Source of the DNA: Bacillus phage vB_BpuM-BpSp
Sequence record: KT895374.1
DNA length: 40,000 bases
Reading direction: 5' to 3' (one strand)
Part shown: piece after piece, positions 1-10,076 of the stretch
How the letters are laid out: the number at the start of each line of letters is the position of its first letter
How positions within the stretch are numbered: position 1 is the first letter of the stretch
The notes under the pieces: model-generated
Databases searched by the model: none
What the model was told of the DNA's origin: nothing
Seen by the model: the letters and a program-made list of their open reading frames with translations, nothing else
Program-made: the position numbers and the translations under genes

Positions 1-839
1 ATCTAGTATTTTCTTATAATGATTATCAAAATAAAATTCATGAGCAAGTTTACACAAGTTATCCTCATGTAACAAATCTTGAAGAATTCTTTTCTAATAT
101 CTATAGTTTAATCCATAGTGACAACTTATATGGTCAGAATGGAGAAGTATTAGAAGGAAGTAAAAATATTGTACTCTCAACACAAGAATTAATTGGGAAT
201 AAGTCTCTAAAAGCTGTTCCAAGTACAATTGAGTATGAAGCTGGTCAAACAGTTAGAGGAGTCTTACTATTTGTTGGTAGACAGGAATGTCATATTAATC
301 TTGATGTGAATGCTATTGAAGCTATTGTTACTACTATCAGACAATTAAACTTGTTAGATTACAGTAACCAATCATTGACTCAAGCTATGATTTATCAACT
401 AATGGGTAGTGGAGTTGGAATTTCTCAACCAAGAGGAAATTCAGGAAGAACAAACAGTGGATTTAGTCAAAATCAGCAAGCAGGTAGTAATTTTAACCCT
501 TTTAATAATTCAAATAATGGTTTTGCGGCTAGAGGTAGTAAGAATAATTCTTTTGATAATAATACAAATAATAATATTTTTAATGATTCAGATGTGCCAC
601 CAGAGACTAATGACAATAATGATAATAGTCTCCCTCCTAGAGAACCAAGAAAATCTTCTTTAGATGATATTGGAAATGATATTAAGCAAGATAATGAAGA
701 ATTTAATCCAACAAAAGGGAATGATAATGATCCTTTAAACTTCCATAATATTATTGAAGAATCAAAAGAGATAAGTCTCCCTAGCAACTTTGCAGATTCA
801 GATGATCCTGGTGCTATCAATTTTGATGATGAAGAGTAA
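1..839 (+). CDS. Hypothetical protein, 5'-truncated by window edge; low-complexity Asn/Asp-rich C-terminus
   Basis: The frame is open from nt 3 upstream of the called GTG at 306 (LVFSYNDYQNKIHEQVYTSYPHVTNLEEFF...GQTVRGVLLFVGRQECHINLDVNAIEAI), so 306 is probably internal. Confidence 0.75.
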   Translation, partial: LVFSYNDYQNKIHEQVYTSYPHVTNLEEFFSNIYSLIHSDNLYGQNGEVLEGSKNIVLSTQELIGNKSLKAVPSTIEYEAGQTVRGVLLFVGRQECHINLDVNAIEAIVTTIRQLNLLDYSNQSLTQAMIYQLMGSGVGISQPRGNSGRTNSGFSQNQQAGSNFNPFNNSNNGFAARGSKNNSFDNNTNNNIFNDSDVPPETNDNNDNSLPPREPRKSSLDDIGNDIKQDNEEFNPTKGNDNDPLNFHNIIEESKEISLPSNFADSDDPGAINFDDEE

Positions 840-874
840 AGCTATTATTATATTATTATGAAGAGGTATGAATA

Positions 875-1207
875 ATGGATAACAAAAAAGAATTATTTGA
901 TAAAATATCTAAGACTGAAAATGTATCAAAAGAAAAATCTCCCAAAAATATTGGGAGAAAAGTTGATATAAAGGTATTAAGATATGAAATTGATAAAGAC
1001 AAAGACGTAGAATTAGCAGTGTTTATTAAGAACTTGATCAATGAGCATGAAATTACTAACCAAGACGTTTATGATCATTTAGGTAGAAAAGTTGGTTGGA
1101 ACTATATTAATGGTCTTAAAGGTGGTAGTGTAAGCTGGTCAAGAGTTAAGAAATGGTGTGAGATTTTAGGGTATGATGTTGAAATCACACTTAAGAAAAT
1201 TAAATAG
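875..1207 (+). CDS. Hypothetical small protein, possibly helix-turn-helix-like
   Basis: 110-aa ORF; segment HEITNQDVYDHLGRKVGWNYINGLKGGSVSWSRVKKWCEILGY resembles an XRE-like helical layout; no firm family. Confidence 0.6.
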   Translation: MDNKKELFDKISKTENVSKEKSPKNIGRKVDIKVLRYEIDKDKDVELAVFIKNLINEHEITNQDVYDHLGRKVGWNYINGLKGGSVSWSRVKKWCEILGYDVEITLKKIK

Positions 1208-1209
1208 AG

Positions 1210-1255
1210 AAATAACTAGATAGAGTGATTATACTCTATCTAGTTATTTTTTTTT
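1210..1255. terminator. Hairpin terminator, probably bidirectional between convergent genes
   Basis: aataactagatagagt-gattat-actctatctagttatt (16-bp perfect stem) followed by a T-run. Confidence 0.75.
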
Positions 1256-1707
1256 TTTACTGATTCTCTAAAATTATTAAAATTTAAAACTGCTACAGTA
1301 TCATTGGGCTTATACTCAATTCCTCTAGCATCTAAAATTTCAATCAATTCTTTTTTAACCATTTTATCAAGATCAGTTTTAGTATAAGAAGTTTCTTCTT
1401 CAGATTCCTCTTCACTCTCTTCTTCAACAACATCTTCAATTTCTTCTAAATCTTCCTCACTGACAGCTTCTTCTACCTTCTCAATATGATCAGATTCAGT
1501 CTTTTCTACTACCTCTTCTAAATCTTCTTGAACTGGGATTGCCTGCATTTTCTTAGGAAGTACTCTCTCAGTTTCTACTACTTCATAGCCTAATTGAGTC
1601 AATAGATTATACTGATCTGTAGTAATTGAAATAGGACTGGTAATTGGTCCTTTACCAATGGAAGGAATAAAGCGTTTATCTGCAATAGTTACTCTAATTC
1701 TTTTCAT
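1240..1707 (-). CDS. Hypothetical acidic protein
   Basis: 155-aa ORF; Glu/Val-rich centre and C-terminal segment DLDKMVKKELIEILDARGIEYKPNDTVAVL. Confidence 0.7.
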   Translation of the reverse strand: MKRIRVTIADKRFIPSIGKGPITSPISITTDQYNLLTQLGYEVVETERVLPKKMQAIPVQEDLEEVVEKTESDHIEKVEEAVSEEDLEEIEDVVEEESEEESEEETSYTKTDLDKMVKKELIEILDARGIEYKPNDTVAVLNFNNFRESVKKKNN

Positions 1708-1722
1708 TGTTGATAACCTCCC

Positions 1723-2271
1723 TTATTCTAAACCTTTAATAAAAGATAGATCGAAAATAGAATCTTCATTAGTCGGTTGATCCACAACCTCGTCAGATTT
1801 TTCTTCTAAATCTTTTTCCAAAGTTCTAATTTCTTCTTCTGTTAGAGATTCTTCTTCCAAATCATCATCTTCGTCATCATAAAGTTCATCATCTAGCTCA
1901 TATTCTTCAAGAGTGACCTCTACTTCATCAGGCAAATCTTTTTCATCTGAATCTTCTAAAGTTATTTCTTCTTCCTCATTAACTATTTCATCTTCTTCCT
2001 CTTCTTCATCTCCCAAAAATTCGTCTTCATCGTCATCATCTTCACTGTCATAAAGTTCATCATCTTCACTGTCGTCTTCATCATCTAGCTCATCTTCTTC
2101 ATCATCTAATTCGTCTTCACTAGAAGATTCCTCAACAACTTCTAATTCTTTCTCTGTATCAGTTACTTCTTCCTCTTCTCCATCTACAAAAGATTCTAGA
2201 AGAGAATCCATTTCCTCTTCTACTGTAATATTTTCATCTTCATTCATGCGTTTTTTAATATTTTTAAACAT
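1723..2271 (-). CDS. Hyperacidic Asp/Glu-rich protein
   Basis: 182-aa ORF with long D/E runs, same orientation and adjacent to 1240-1707. Confidence 0.7.
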   Translation of the reverse strand: MFKNIKKRMNEDENITVEEEMDSLLESFVDGEEEEVTDTEKELEVVEESSSEDELDDEEDELDDEDDSEDDELYDSEDDDDEDEFLGDEEEEEDEIVNEEEEITLEDSDEKDLPDEVEVTLEEYELDDELYDDEDDDLEEESLTEEEIRTLEKDLEEKSDEVVDQPTNEDSIFDLSFIKGLE

Positions 2272-2298
2272 TAAGTTTTCCTCCTTATTAATAACTAT

Positions 2299-3492
2299 TT
2301 ATTTGTTTAATATAATATTCTTAATTCTTTTAATAATAAAAAGAATGCAAGGCATTATTACATAGTTCTGAACTGTTAAATTTATTCTTATTCTTTTTAA
2401 ATTTTCAGGAATAGTATCGGTATTTAGATCATTATTTAAATAGGCAATTATAATATTTAATAATTTCCAATCTTTATCTTCTTCAGATAAGAAGTATTCT
2501 TTACTTTTTATTTTATTAACTAGATCTTTATTAAATAATAAGAAATGTTCTTCTTTATCAGATTCTAAATAATTAATACTTCTAATTGAGTACTTATTCT
2601 TAAAAATATTAAAAACTGATGTTCGATCATTAACATCTTTAAATATATATCTTTGTTCTACTAGATTCTCAATATCATGGTTTTCTAAAGCATAAAACAA
2701 ACTTTCTTCATATGTTATTTGATCATTATAACTTTCAGGAAGTTTTTGTTCTATCTTAATATTTTTTAGAAAGGTTTTAGTCTTAATAAATAGATCATTA
2801 TTATTAATAAATTTCATTAGATAATTATCATATAAACTATCTACATAAAGAAAGGTATTAAAATCTTCATTATAGAATCTTTTAACATAATTGTCTCTTA
2901 ATTTATCAAATAAAATATCTAATTCATTTAAAACTATAAAATCAGTTTTTCTTATTACACTCTTTTCCTTCTTACCTAAATTCTCATAAACTACTTGATA
3001 TTCTTCAGTTACCTGCTTTTCTTCTAATATATCAATATTATCTCCAACTAACATAAAGTCCACCTTATAGAAAACTCTATTACTTAGACTATTAGTATTA
3101 ACATTTGTTATTCGGAATAAATATTGTTTGTTTAAATAATCAATTAGAATATATTCATTAGGTAATGGCTCAATAGTATCAGGAAGAATAATTGCACTTC
3201 CATTAGCATCAGTAGATAATCCATCATTATCTACATTGAGCATTGGTGAAATATCTTCCATATTATATAAAGGAAAATTTTCAATCTTATTATATCTTAT
3301 TGGTGATTCATTACCAATATTTTGTATAACTCCTTCTAGGTTAATATCTTCAGTTGAAGCGAGTCTATCCTTTGAATAATAGGTAACAAAGTTAGGTGCA
3401 CCCTCTATAAATCGAGAAAAATCACTGGTGGTATTTATAAAATTGTCAAGATATTTATCTACTACGTCTCGTTCTTCTACGAAACGACCCAT
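2299..3492 (-). CDS. Hypothetical protein, probable virion structural
   Basis: 397-aa ORF in the same orientation as neighbours; function inferred from context only. Confidence 0.6.
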   Translation of the reverse strand: MGRFVEERDVVDKYLDNFINTTSDFSRFIEGAPNFVTYYSKDRLASTEDINLEGVIQNIGNESPIRYNKIENFPLYNMEDISPMLNVDNDGLSTDANGSAIILPDTIEPLPNEYILIDYLNKQYLFRITNVNTNSLSNRVFYKVDFMLVGDNIDILEEKQVTEEYQVVYENLGKKEKSVIRKTDFIVLNELDILFDKLRDNYVKRFYNEDFNTFLYVDSLYDNYLMKFINNNDLFIKTKTFLKNIKIEQKLPESYNDQITYEESLFYALENHDIENLVEQRYIFKDVNDRTSVFNIFKNKYSIRSINYLESDKEEHFLLFNKDLVNKIKSKEYFLSEEDKDWKLLNIIIAYLNNDLNTDTIPENLKRIRINLTVQNYVIMPCILFIIKRIKNIILNK

Positions 3493-3621
3493 CTAGTTCA
3501 CTTCCTTTTTAATAAGGTATAATTTTCTGTTTTCATATCTTTCATTTAAACAATTATATAGGTATATTTTCATGGGTAAATATACCTATAAATATAATAT
3601 AGAAAAGAGAGACGTATTCCT

Positions 3622-3837
3622 ATGATGGGTAAAAGTCGCTATTACAGATACTCAATTATGAGTAATAGTGGGTTTGGTCAATTACTGTTCAAGAAAGGCG
3701 AATTAGAGTTCATTGTTCCAAAAGAAATGATAACAAGGGATGGGAGAATAAACTATCGTCTTTCTAAAATTTTAGAGAAAAAAGAATATGAAAAATTAGA
3801 ATCCCTTGGAATTAAATTAATTAATAATAAGAAATAG
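3622..3837 (+). CDS. Hypothetical small protein
   Basis: 71-aa ORF followed directly by a hairpin at 3831-3859. Confidence 0.6.
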   Translation: MMGKSRYYRYSIMSNSGFGQLLFKKGELEFIVPKEMITRDGRINYRLSKILEKKEYEKLESLGIKLINNKK

Positions 3838-3866
3838 TCTATTATTTATAGACTATTTCTTATTAT
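3831..3866 (+). terminator. Hairpin terminator
   Basis: gaaatagtcta-ttattta-tagactatttc followed by T-rich sequence. Confidence 0.65.
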
Positions 3867-3923
3867 TAATTAATTTTAAAGTATATATTATATTATTGAA
3901 TAATTATTAATAAGGAGAATGAT

Positions 3924-4262
3924 ATGTCAATGGAAATATTTTTTAGTAGAAGTGTAATTAATATAAAAACTAATAATCCAAAAGAAGATCATTTAAAAAT
4001 TTTATTAGGGTGTATAAGTAAAGCAAAGAAAGATTCCTTTTTAAAAGAGTTAAATGAGTTAGGCGTTAATGGATTTTTAAACGAATCATACTTGCTAAGA
4101 AAATATAGGTCTTGGGATTTTATAGATATAGAAATTGACTTTATATTTAATATGGATAAAGGTTGGGAATGTGAGTATAATATTGATTATCAAGAGGTTA
4201 ATGGACCTGTAAAGGAATATTTTAGATTATTAGATACTAGGGATAAATTAGAAAAAATTTAG
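3924..4262 (+). CDS. Hypothetical protein
   Basis: 112-aa ORF preceded by aaggag. Confidence 0.65.
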   Translation: MSMEIFFSRSVINIKTNNPKEDHLKILLGCISKAKKDSFLKELNELGVNGFLNESYLLRKYRSWDFIDIEIDFIFNMDKGWECEYNIDYQEVNGPVKEYFRLLDTRDKLEKI

Positions 4263-4272
4263 GAGGAATCTG

Positions 4273-4620
4273 ATGTCAGGAGTAGAAGTAACCATATATA
4301 ATAATATAGTAGATATTTATTTCTTAGATCTCCATTACTTGATAGAAAATAAATTATTTTTTGAATATGCTACAGAGGATGAAAAAAATAAATATACTGA
4401 TCTTATTAGAGAATTAAACATGATAGGAAATTTTGAAGGTATAGCAGAAGAGATTAGGAGATTTATCATTGGGAAAGATGGAGTATTAGAATGCCTATTT
4501 GAATTTTATCCTACATTTGATGACTATAATCTTTTATTTGAAATTACATTTGAGAGTTTTGAAAAAATACCTAATCCTATGAGAAAATTAGATACTGAGA
4601 GATTACTTAAGGAACTTTAG
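4273..4620 (+). CDS. Hypothetical protein
   Basis: 115-aa ORF preceded by gaggaa, closely following the previous ORF. Confidence 0.65.
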   Translation: MSGVEVTIYNNIVDIYFLDLHYLIENKLFFEYATEDEKNKYTDLIRELNMIGNFEGIAEEIRRFIIGKDGVLECLFEFYPTFDDYNLLFEITFESFEKIPNPMRKLDTERLLKEL

Positions 4621-4736
4621 CTGACCGTATTGAATTTAATGATTAAATATATATTATAGAAATGTAATATTTTAGAGGAGATAATATCTTAATATTTCTA
4701 TGATCCAATAAATTAAAGAAAGGAGATCCTATAAGT

Positions 4737-5003
4737 ATGACCATCAATTTTAATGTTAGAAAAATTAAAGAATTTAATCATGAAAAAATTGTAGGTGGTT
4801 CACTCTTATTTAATGAAGAGCATTCGATATATTATTTAGTAAATATTATGGGTAGTGAACCCAACATAGTCTATCGTATTATTAATCTAAGAGACTATAA
4901 CTTTTTTGAATTAGATAAAAAAGATCTAAAAGAAGATAACTATAAAGACTTTAAAATTCTCTTACCAGATGAATTTACTTTAGAAACTACCTTAAAATAT
5001 TAA
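4737..5003 (+). CDS. Hypothetical protein
   Basis: 88-aa ORF preceded by aaaggag. Confidence 0.65.
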   Translation: MTINFNVRKIKEFNHEKIVGGSLLFNEEHSIYYLVNIMGSEPNIVYRIINLRDYNFFELDKKDLKEDNYKDFKILLPDEFTLETTLKY

Positions 5004-5018
5004 AAAAACTAGGAAGAA

Positions 5019-5486
5019 ATGGGGAAATTAAAAATGTTTAACATTATAGAAACTCTAGTACAAGAAATTATTAAAGGTGGAGAAGAAGCTGATAAATCTA
5101 CAAAAATGTTAGTGGAAATTATTAATAAATATCCTAACGCTCAAAAAGAACTTTCAAGAGTTTCTAAAAACTTAAGTGGAAAAGAAGCAATGATAATTAT
5201 ATCATCTACTATCAACTCTTTATTTTCAAATAAGGAAATCGAGAAAAATCAATTAGAGAAAATGGAAAGAGAAGAAGCTGAAAAAGTTTATCGTGAACTA
5301 ATTTTTAAGATCAATGATCTTATTCAATATCTTTATAATACTCAAAAAGAATTGATAAATAGAAATAATGAATATGACAGGGCTGTTATTAACTTATGTG
5401 AAATATTTGGCTCAACTTTAATTACTACCATTAGTAAAAATCCTACATTTTTAATGGATTATCAAGCAGTTTTAGATGATAAATAA
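5019..5486 (+). CDS. Hypothetical protein
   Basis: 155-aa ORF followed by a hairpin terminator at 5486-5520. Confidence 0.65.
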   Translation: MGKLKMFNIIETLVQEIIKGGEEADKSTKMLVEIINKYPNAQKELSRVSKNLSGKEAMIIISSTINSLFSNKEIEKNQLEKMEREEAEKVYRELIFKINDLIQYLYNTQKELINRNNEYDRAVINLCEIFGSTLITTISKNPTFLMDYQAVLDDK

Positions 5487-5518
5487 AAGAGAAATCCAAT
5501 AGGATTTCTCTTTTTTTA
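5486..5518 (+). terminator. Hairpin terminator
   Basis: aaaagagaaatcc-aat-aggatttctcttt followed by ttttt. Confidence 0.75.
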
Positions 5519-5530
5519 TGGAGGAGAATA

Positions 5531-6358
5531 ATGAATAAAATAGAAGAAGAATTAATTAGAAGAAAAAACCAATATGAGCAAGAATTAAAATCCAAATATG
5601 AAACACTTAATACTATGCTAATTAATTATAGTAAGAAAGGAGGAAATGTTGTTATTAGATCATCTATTGACGGAGATGATGAGTTTGATAATGAATTAGA
5701 AATATATAACCCTACTGGAGATCAATATTTTGATAATAGTATTAGAGATTATGATTTTGAAACTAAATTATACCATAATAGTTTTATAAATTATGTTAAT
5801 TCTATAGTCTCTAATTTTCAGCTAAGTGAGCATGTTATAATGGAAATGTTAAAATATATTGATGAAAATAAACTATTTATATATCAGAATCTTTCTCCTG
5901 ATTTTATATTAAAACTAGAGAGATATATTGAAATTAATTGGGATCTGATCTTATCCAATCATGTACTGGATCCTCATTTCCTTAGAGAAAATAGAGAAGA
6001 GTTTGATTCTGATACTTTAATTAGAAATAAAAAATATAGTATTTCAGATTTAATTTTTATATATTCTGATAATATATACATTTATGGAACATCTCGTGAT
6101 ACTAATGTCTTATCAATTAATAGAATATTTAGACTTAGAAAATTAAATAAAGACGATGTTGAATTAATAATTGGTCATTGTAAAAATTACTCAAGAAGTA
6201 AATACTTTTGGCAGGAATTAATCGAAAATATCCCAAAAATAATTGATATTTCATTTATTAAAAAATATAAAAGTATAATAGATCTATGTAAAAATGATAT
6301 TTTGGAAAGTAATGTTAGTAATGAAGTAAAAACCTATGTAAAATTACTTATGATATAA
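5531..6358 (+). CDS. Tandem paralogue family member 1 (hypothetical)
   Basis: RBS ggagg; ends NDILESNVSNEVKTYVKLLMI, matching the C-terminal signature of the downstream ORFs. Confidence 0.7.
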   Translation: MNKIEEELIRRKNQYEQELKSKYETLNTMLINYSKKGGNVVIRSSIDGDDEFDNELEIYNPTGDQYFDNSIRDYDFETKLYHNSFINYVNSIVSNFQLSEHVIMEMLKYIDENKLFIYQNLSPDFILKLERYIEINWDLILSNHVLDPHFLRENREEFDSDTLIRNKKYSISDLIFIYSDNIYIYGTSRDTNVLSINRIFRLRKLNKDDVELIIGHCKNYSRSKYFWQELIENIPKIIDISFIKKYKSIIDLCKNDILESNVSNEVKTYVKLLMI

Positions 6359-6370
6359 GGGGAGTTCTTA

Positions 6371-7207
6371 ATGAAAAGTTCTCAAAGATTTGCTAGATTA
6401 AATCGTTTAAAATCAGACAAAAAATTTAATGCAATTGTTGATAAATATGAAAAGAAAATAAGCAAGACTATTATAAATTTTAATTCTTTTAAAGAAACTA
6501 ATTTAATAAGAAAACACTATTCAAAATATAGTGAAGAACATGATTTAGAAATGGATATTGAAAATACAAAATCATTTATTGCACGTTATGATCGTATGAA
6601 TGATGATTTTCAAGATATTATAAGACGTCTCTATATTGAATTTGATTATGAGTTAGGAGAGATATTAAAAAAATTTTCTATTAGTGAAAACTTAATTTCT
6701 AAAAATAAAAAATATTATTCTGAAGAAACTTGGTCTGAAATTAGTTCCAGACAAAAATTAAGTGAAAAATTTATTGAACTCCATGAACAAGAAATAAATT
6801 GGGAAAATATAATATCAAATAGAAATATAAGTATAGAAATATTAAAAAAATTCCAAAATCATTTTACGATAAGTAATTTATTAAATTCAAAAAGATTAGA
6901 TTTAAAAGGAATTGTAAGATTTCTAAATAAACCTTTTATTTATAACTTAGAATATTTAATAAAAAATTATCATGAGGATATAATTCATTTGGATTATAAA
7001 TTAACATTAGAGGAAATGGAAATATATCTTAGAGTGGTAAATAGTAATAACACTTATACAAAAAGAAAATTTATTTTAAATCAAAATATTAATGAAAAAA
7101 TAGTTCTAGATAATATAGAATTCTTTAATGGTTATGAGGAAATTTTATTAGAGAATAAAAATATTTCTAATAAACTTAGAACTATTTTGGAAATGTCTAG
7201 AATTTAG
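6371..7207 (+). CDS. Tandem paralogue family member 2 (hypothetical)
   Basis: ISENLISKNKKYYSEETWSEISSRQKLSEKFIELHEQEINWENI and C-terminus NKNISNKLRTILEMSRI. Confidence 0.75.
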   Translation: MKSSQRFARLNRLKSDKKFNAIVDKYEKKISKTIINFNSFKETNLIRKHYSKYSEEHDLEMDIENTKSFIARYDRMNDDFQDIIRRLYIEFDYELGEILKKFSISENLISKNKKYYSEETWSEISSRQKLSEKFIELHEQEINWENIISNRNISIEILKKFQNHFTISNLLNSKRLDLKGIVRFLNKPFIYNLEYLIKNYHEDIIHLDYKLTLEEMEIYLRVVNSNNTYTKRKFILNQNINEKIVLDNIEFFNGYEEILLENKNISNKLRTILEMSRI

Positions 7208-7224
7208 GGAGGATTGTTTATAGT

Positions 7225-7878
7225 ATGACTAATGATGATAAAAAATTTCTAGACTGTTTAAATAAATATAATGAATTTATAGATTGTAGTCCAAACTTAC
7301 ATGATATTTTAATAAATAATGAGATAAGTGAAAATCTACTTGATGAATATTCAAAATTCTTTGATTATAAAACATGGAAAGTTATAAGTCTAACACAAAA
7401 ATTTTCTAAAAAATTTATGAAGAAACATCAAGAATTTATCTATTTTAATGATATGCTGGAATTTAATGAAAAAATCAATTTAGATTTGGATACTGTAAGT
7501 GAATTTAAAGAATATTTTGCAGGTCTTTTGATTTTAAAAAAATTTCAATCAAGAGAAGCTATAAATATCCTATTTCCTAATACTGACAGTATTTATGAAT
7601 TATTTCACAGGCTAGTTGGACGATACTCTAGATCTTTATTTGATGTTTATCCCGATATAGTCAATGATAACGAATTTGTGGAATTCCAACTATATAGTTT
7701 TAAGAAAAATTCAACTCATAGTATAGAATATTCTAAAAAATTCTTTAGTCTAATAAAAATTAATAAAGAAATGTATATTAGATACCCAGAATTATTAAAC
7801 AGATATTCTAATGTGATATTAGAAAGTCCAAATGTAGATAATGAAGTAAAAGTCCTTTTAAAATTACATTCAATATAA
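7225..7878 (+). CDS. Tandem paralogue family member 3 (hypothetical)
   Basis: EISENLLDEYSKFFDYKTWKVISLTQKFSKKFMKKHQEFI and C-terminus PNVDNEVKVLLKLHSI. Confidence 0.75.
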   Translation: MTNDDKKFLDCLNKYNEFIDCSPNLHDILINNEISENLLDEYSKFFDYKTWKVISLTQKFSKKFMKKHQEFIYFNDMLEFNEKINLDLDTVSEFKEYFAGLLILKKFQSREAINILFPNTDSIYELFHRLVGRYSRSLFDVYPDIVNDNEFVEFQLYSFKKNSTHSIEYSKKFFSLIKINKEMYIRYPELLNRYSNVILESPNVDNEVKVLLKLHSI

Positions 7879-7886
7879 AGAAAGAG

Positions 7887-8627
7887 GTGATAATCTTGAT
7901 TGAATATGATGATAGTATTTTATTAAATGCTATAGAAGAGTTTAATAATAGAAAATTGAAAATAGAAGAAGAATTTACAATAAAAAATAAATCCATATCT
8001 TCTAAAAAAGTTTCTAACAAATTAGAAAAGTTTTATACTCTTTCTTTTTTATCAGGTAAAAGAAAAAATGAAATAAATGAAAATAAAACCATCTTTATTG
8101 ATTCTATTAAGGATATTTTAAAAAATAAAAAAATTAGTAGTAGATTTATTAGTGAAAATATAAAATATTTAAAAGAGTATGATTTAGTTTGGGATTTATT
8201 AATTAGATATCAAGATTTAACAAAAGATTTTATTGCTAAAAATATAAAAAAATTTAAATTAGATGACATTCTTAATTCTGAAAAATTTTCTATAATAGAA
8301 ATAAATCTACATCTCTATAAAAATAACTTAATTTTACATTTAGGCTTAGATTATTTCTTTACTTTATTTTTTGACAATATATTAAAAACTAGCAAGTTGA
8401 ATACTGATGATTTAGAATCATTTATGAATTATATAGTAGAAGATAAATATTTAAATATAGCAGTTAAGAGAAATAATCTATTCAAAAACTTTTTAATTAA
8501 ACAAAATTTCAATAAGGAAATTCTTTTAAAATATGAAGATTTTCTTACACCACATTATTCACAATTATTAAAGAATGAGAATATAGATGAAAGCATAAAA
8601 ACTAAAATTAGATTATTAAATCTATAA
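7887..8627 (+). CDS. Tandem paralogue family member 4 (hypothetical)
   Basis: NKKISSRFISENIKYLKEYDLVWDLLIRYQDLTKDFIAKNI and C-terminus ENIDESIKTKIRLLNL. Confidence 0.7.
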   Translation: MIILIEYDDSILLNAIEEFNNRKLKIEEEFTIKNKSISSKKVSNKLEKFYTLSFLSGKRKNEINENKTIFIDSIKDILKNKKISSRFISENIKYLKEYDLVWDLLIRYQDLTKDFIAKNIKKFKLDDILNSEKFSIIEINLHLYKNNLILHLGLDYFFTLFFDNILKTSKLNTDDLESFMNYIVEDKYLNIAVKRNNLFKNFLIKQNFNKEILLKYEDFLTPHYSQLLKNENIDESIKTKIRLLNL

Positions 8628-8642
8628 AGGAAGGTTTTCAAT

Positions 8643-9377
8643 ATGTTAAGAGTAGGAAGTTTAATGTTAGAAAAAAGAATAGAAAAGTTTGAGAACTTTA
8701 TTAATGGTTTTATAAAAGATATGGATGAGTTTATACCAGACGTAGATATTAATATTATATCTAAAGACCAGTCTGCATTAGATAAGATTGTTGATATAAA
8801 GAAGTTAACAAGTGATAAATTTGTAAATTCTTTTATGGAAAAAGTTCTAGTGGATTTGGGTGAAGATATTCTAAATATTTTTGAAAATCATATTGTTGAT
8901 GGTGAAGTTATTATTAAGTATAAGTCTTATCTTAATAACAGCATGACGCTATGGTATGAAATATTAGAAGATAAAAGAAATTATAACAATGAACTGATTT
9001 TAAAAATTAAGGATAAGTTTATTGTTGAAAAACTAATAACTTCTCATAGATTTAATTTTAGAGAATTGGCTGAATCCTATAATAGAAATTATGAGGATTT
9101 TCTTTATAATTATTTAGAAGTAGCAATATGGAATAATGTCTTATTTAACCAAGAAGAAATAGATGACATCTTAAGATTAAAATTTTTAGAATATACGGAT
9201 GATGAGGAATTTAATGAAAACTTAATAATTCGTTTTCTAACCACTCAAAATATAACCAAAAAGCTATATATGGATAATATTAGCTTTTTTAAAGAAGAAT
9301 CATATAAAAGAAAATTATTAGAAAATAAATTAATTTCCAGTGATTTAAAAACCTTAATTAAATTAGAATTTGTATAG
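8643..9377 (+). CDS. Tandem paralogue family member 5 (hypothetical)
   Basis: LTTQNITKKLYMDNISFFKEESYKRKLLENKLISSDLKTLIKLEFV. Confidence 0.75.
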   Translation: MLRVGSLMLEKRIEKFENFINGFIKDMDEFIPDVDINIISKDQSALDKIVDIKKLTSDKFVNSFMEKVLVDLGEDILNIFENHIVDGEVIIKYKSYLNNSMTLWYEILEDKRNYNNELILKIKDKFIVEKLITSHRFNFRELAESYNRNYEDFLYNYLEVAIWNNVLFNQEEIDDILRLKFLEYTDDEEFNENLIIRFLTTQNITKKLYMDNISFFKEESYKRKLLENKLISSDLKTLIKLEFV

Positions 9378-9389
9378 GAGGAATTTGAT

Positions 9390-10055
9390 ATGGCTTTAGA
9401 AGGAGATAATATGTTTTTAGAATTTATATATCATTTTGGAGAAAATATATTGCATAACGGTGGTCATTGTGATGAAGCAGATGTACTTAATATAATATTA
9501 AAGAGTTATAATGTTAGTACTAAGATTTTAGATGATAATTATGAATATATTTTCCCCCAGCATCTAGAAACAATAAGCAAGTATCAAAAACTTGATGAAG
9601 AATTTATAAAAAAATTAATACCTAATTATGTAAATAAGATACTAGAAGGAAATAAAAAGACATTTCTATCTAAAGAATTTATCAAAAACAACATTAACTA
9701 TTTTGATGTTGATAAACTAGTCGATAGTGGGGGATTTACTTTAACTGAACTTGCTGACTTGTATTCGATGTCTTTAGAGTTCTTTATCTGGAATAACTTA
9801 TCGACTGTAATCGATTATGAAGTATTAAGTGATTTAGAAAAAAAGAAATTTATAGAACTTTTTAAGGAAGAGGAAAAAGAAGAATTACTCTATTATCCTA
9901 CTATTTATTTCTTATCAACTCATTCCATTTCAGAAGATATACTTTTTGAGTATATGGATTTCTTTAAATCATCAAACACTTTTATTCAGAAAGTAATAAC
10001 AAACCCTAAGAATTCTCAAGAAGTTAAAACAAAATTAAATTTACACATTTTATAA
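9390..10055 (+). CDS. Tandem paralogue family member 6 (hypothetical)
   Basis: NVSTKILDDNYEYIFPQHLETISKYQKLDEEFIKKLIPNYVNKI and C-terminus NSQEVKTKLNLHIL. Confidence 0.75.
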   Translation: MALEGDNMFLEFIYHFGENILHNGGHCDEADVLNIILKSYNVSTKILDDNYEYIFPQHLETISKYQKLDEEFIKKLIPNYVNKILEGNKKTFLSKEFIKNNINYFDVDKLVDSGGFTLTELADLYSMSLEFFIWNNLSTVIDYEVLSDLEKKKFIELFKEEEKEELLYYPTIYFLSTHSISEDILFEYMDFFKSSNTFIQKVITNPKNSQEVKTKLNLHIL

Positions 10056-10076
10056 TCAAGTCTGGAGGGCTTAAAA

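Noticed and set aside
409-1041. ORFs 409-663 (+), 473-820 (-), 856-1041 (-)
   Set aside because: They overlap better-supported ORFs 1-839 and 875-1207 and have low-complexity translations.
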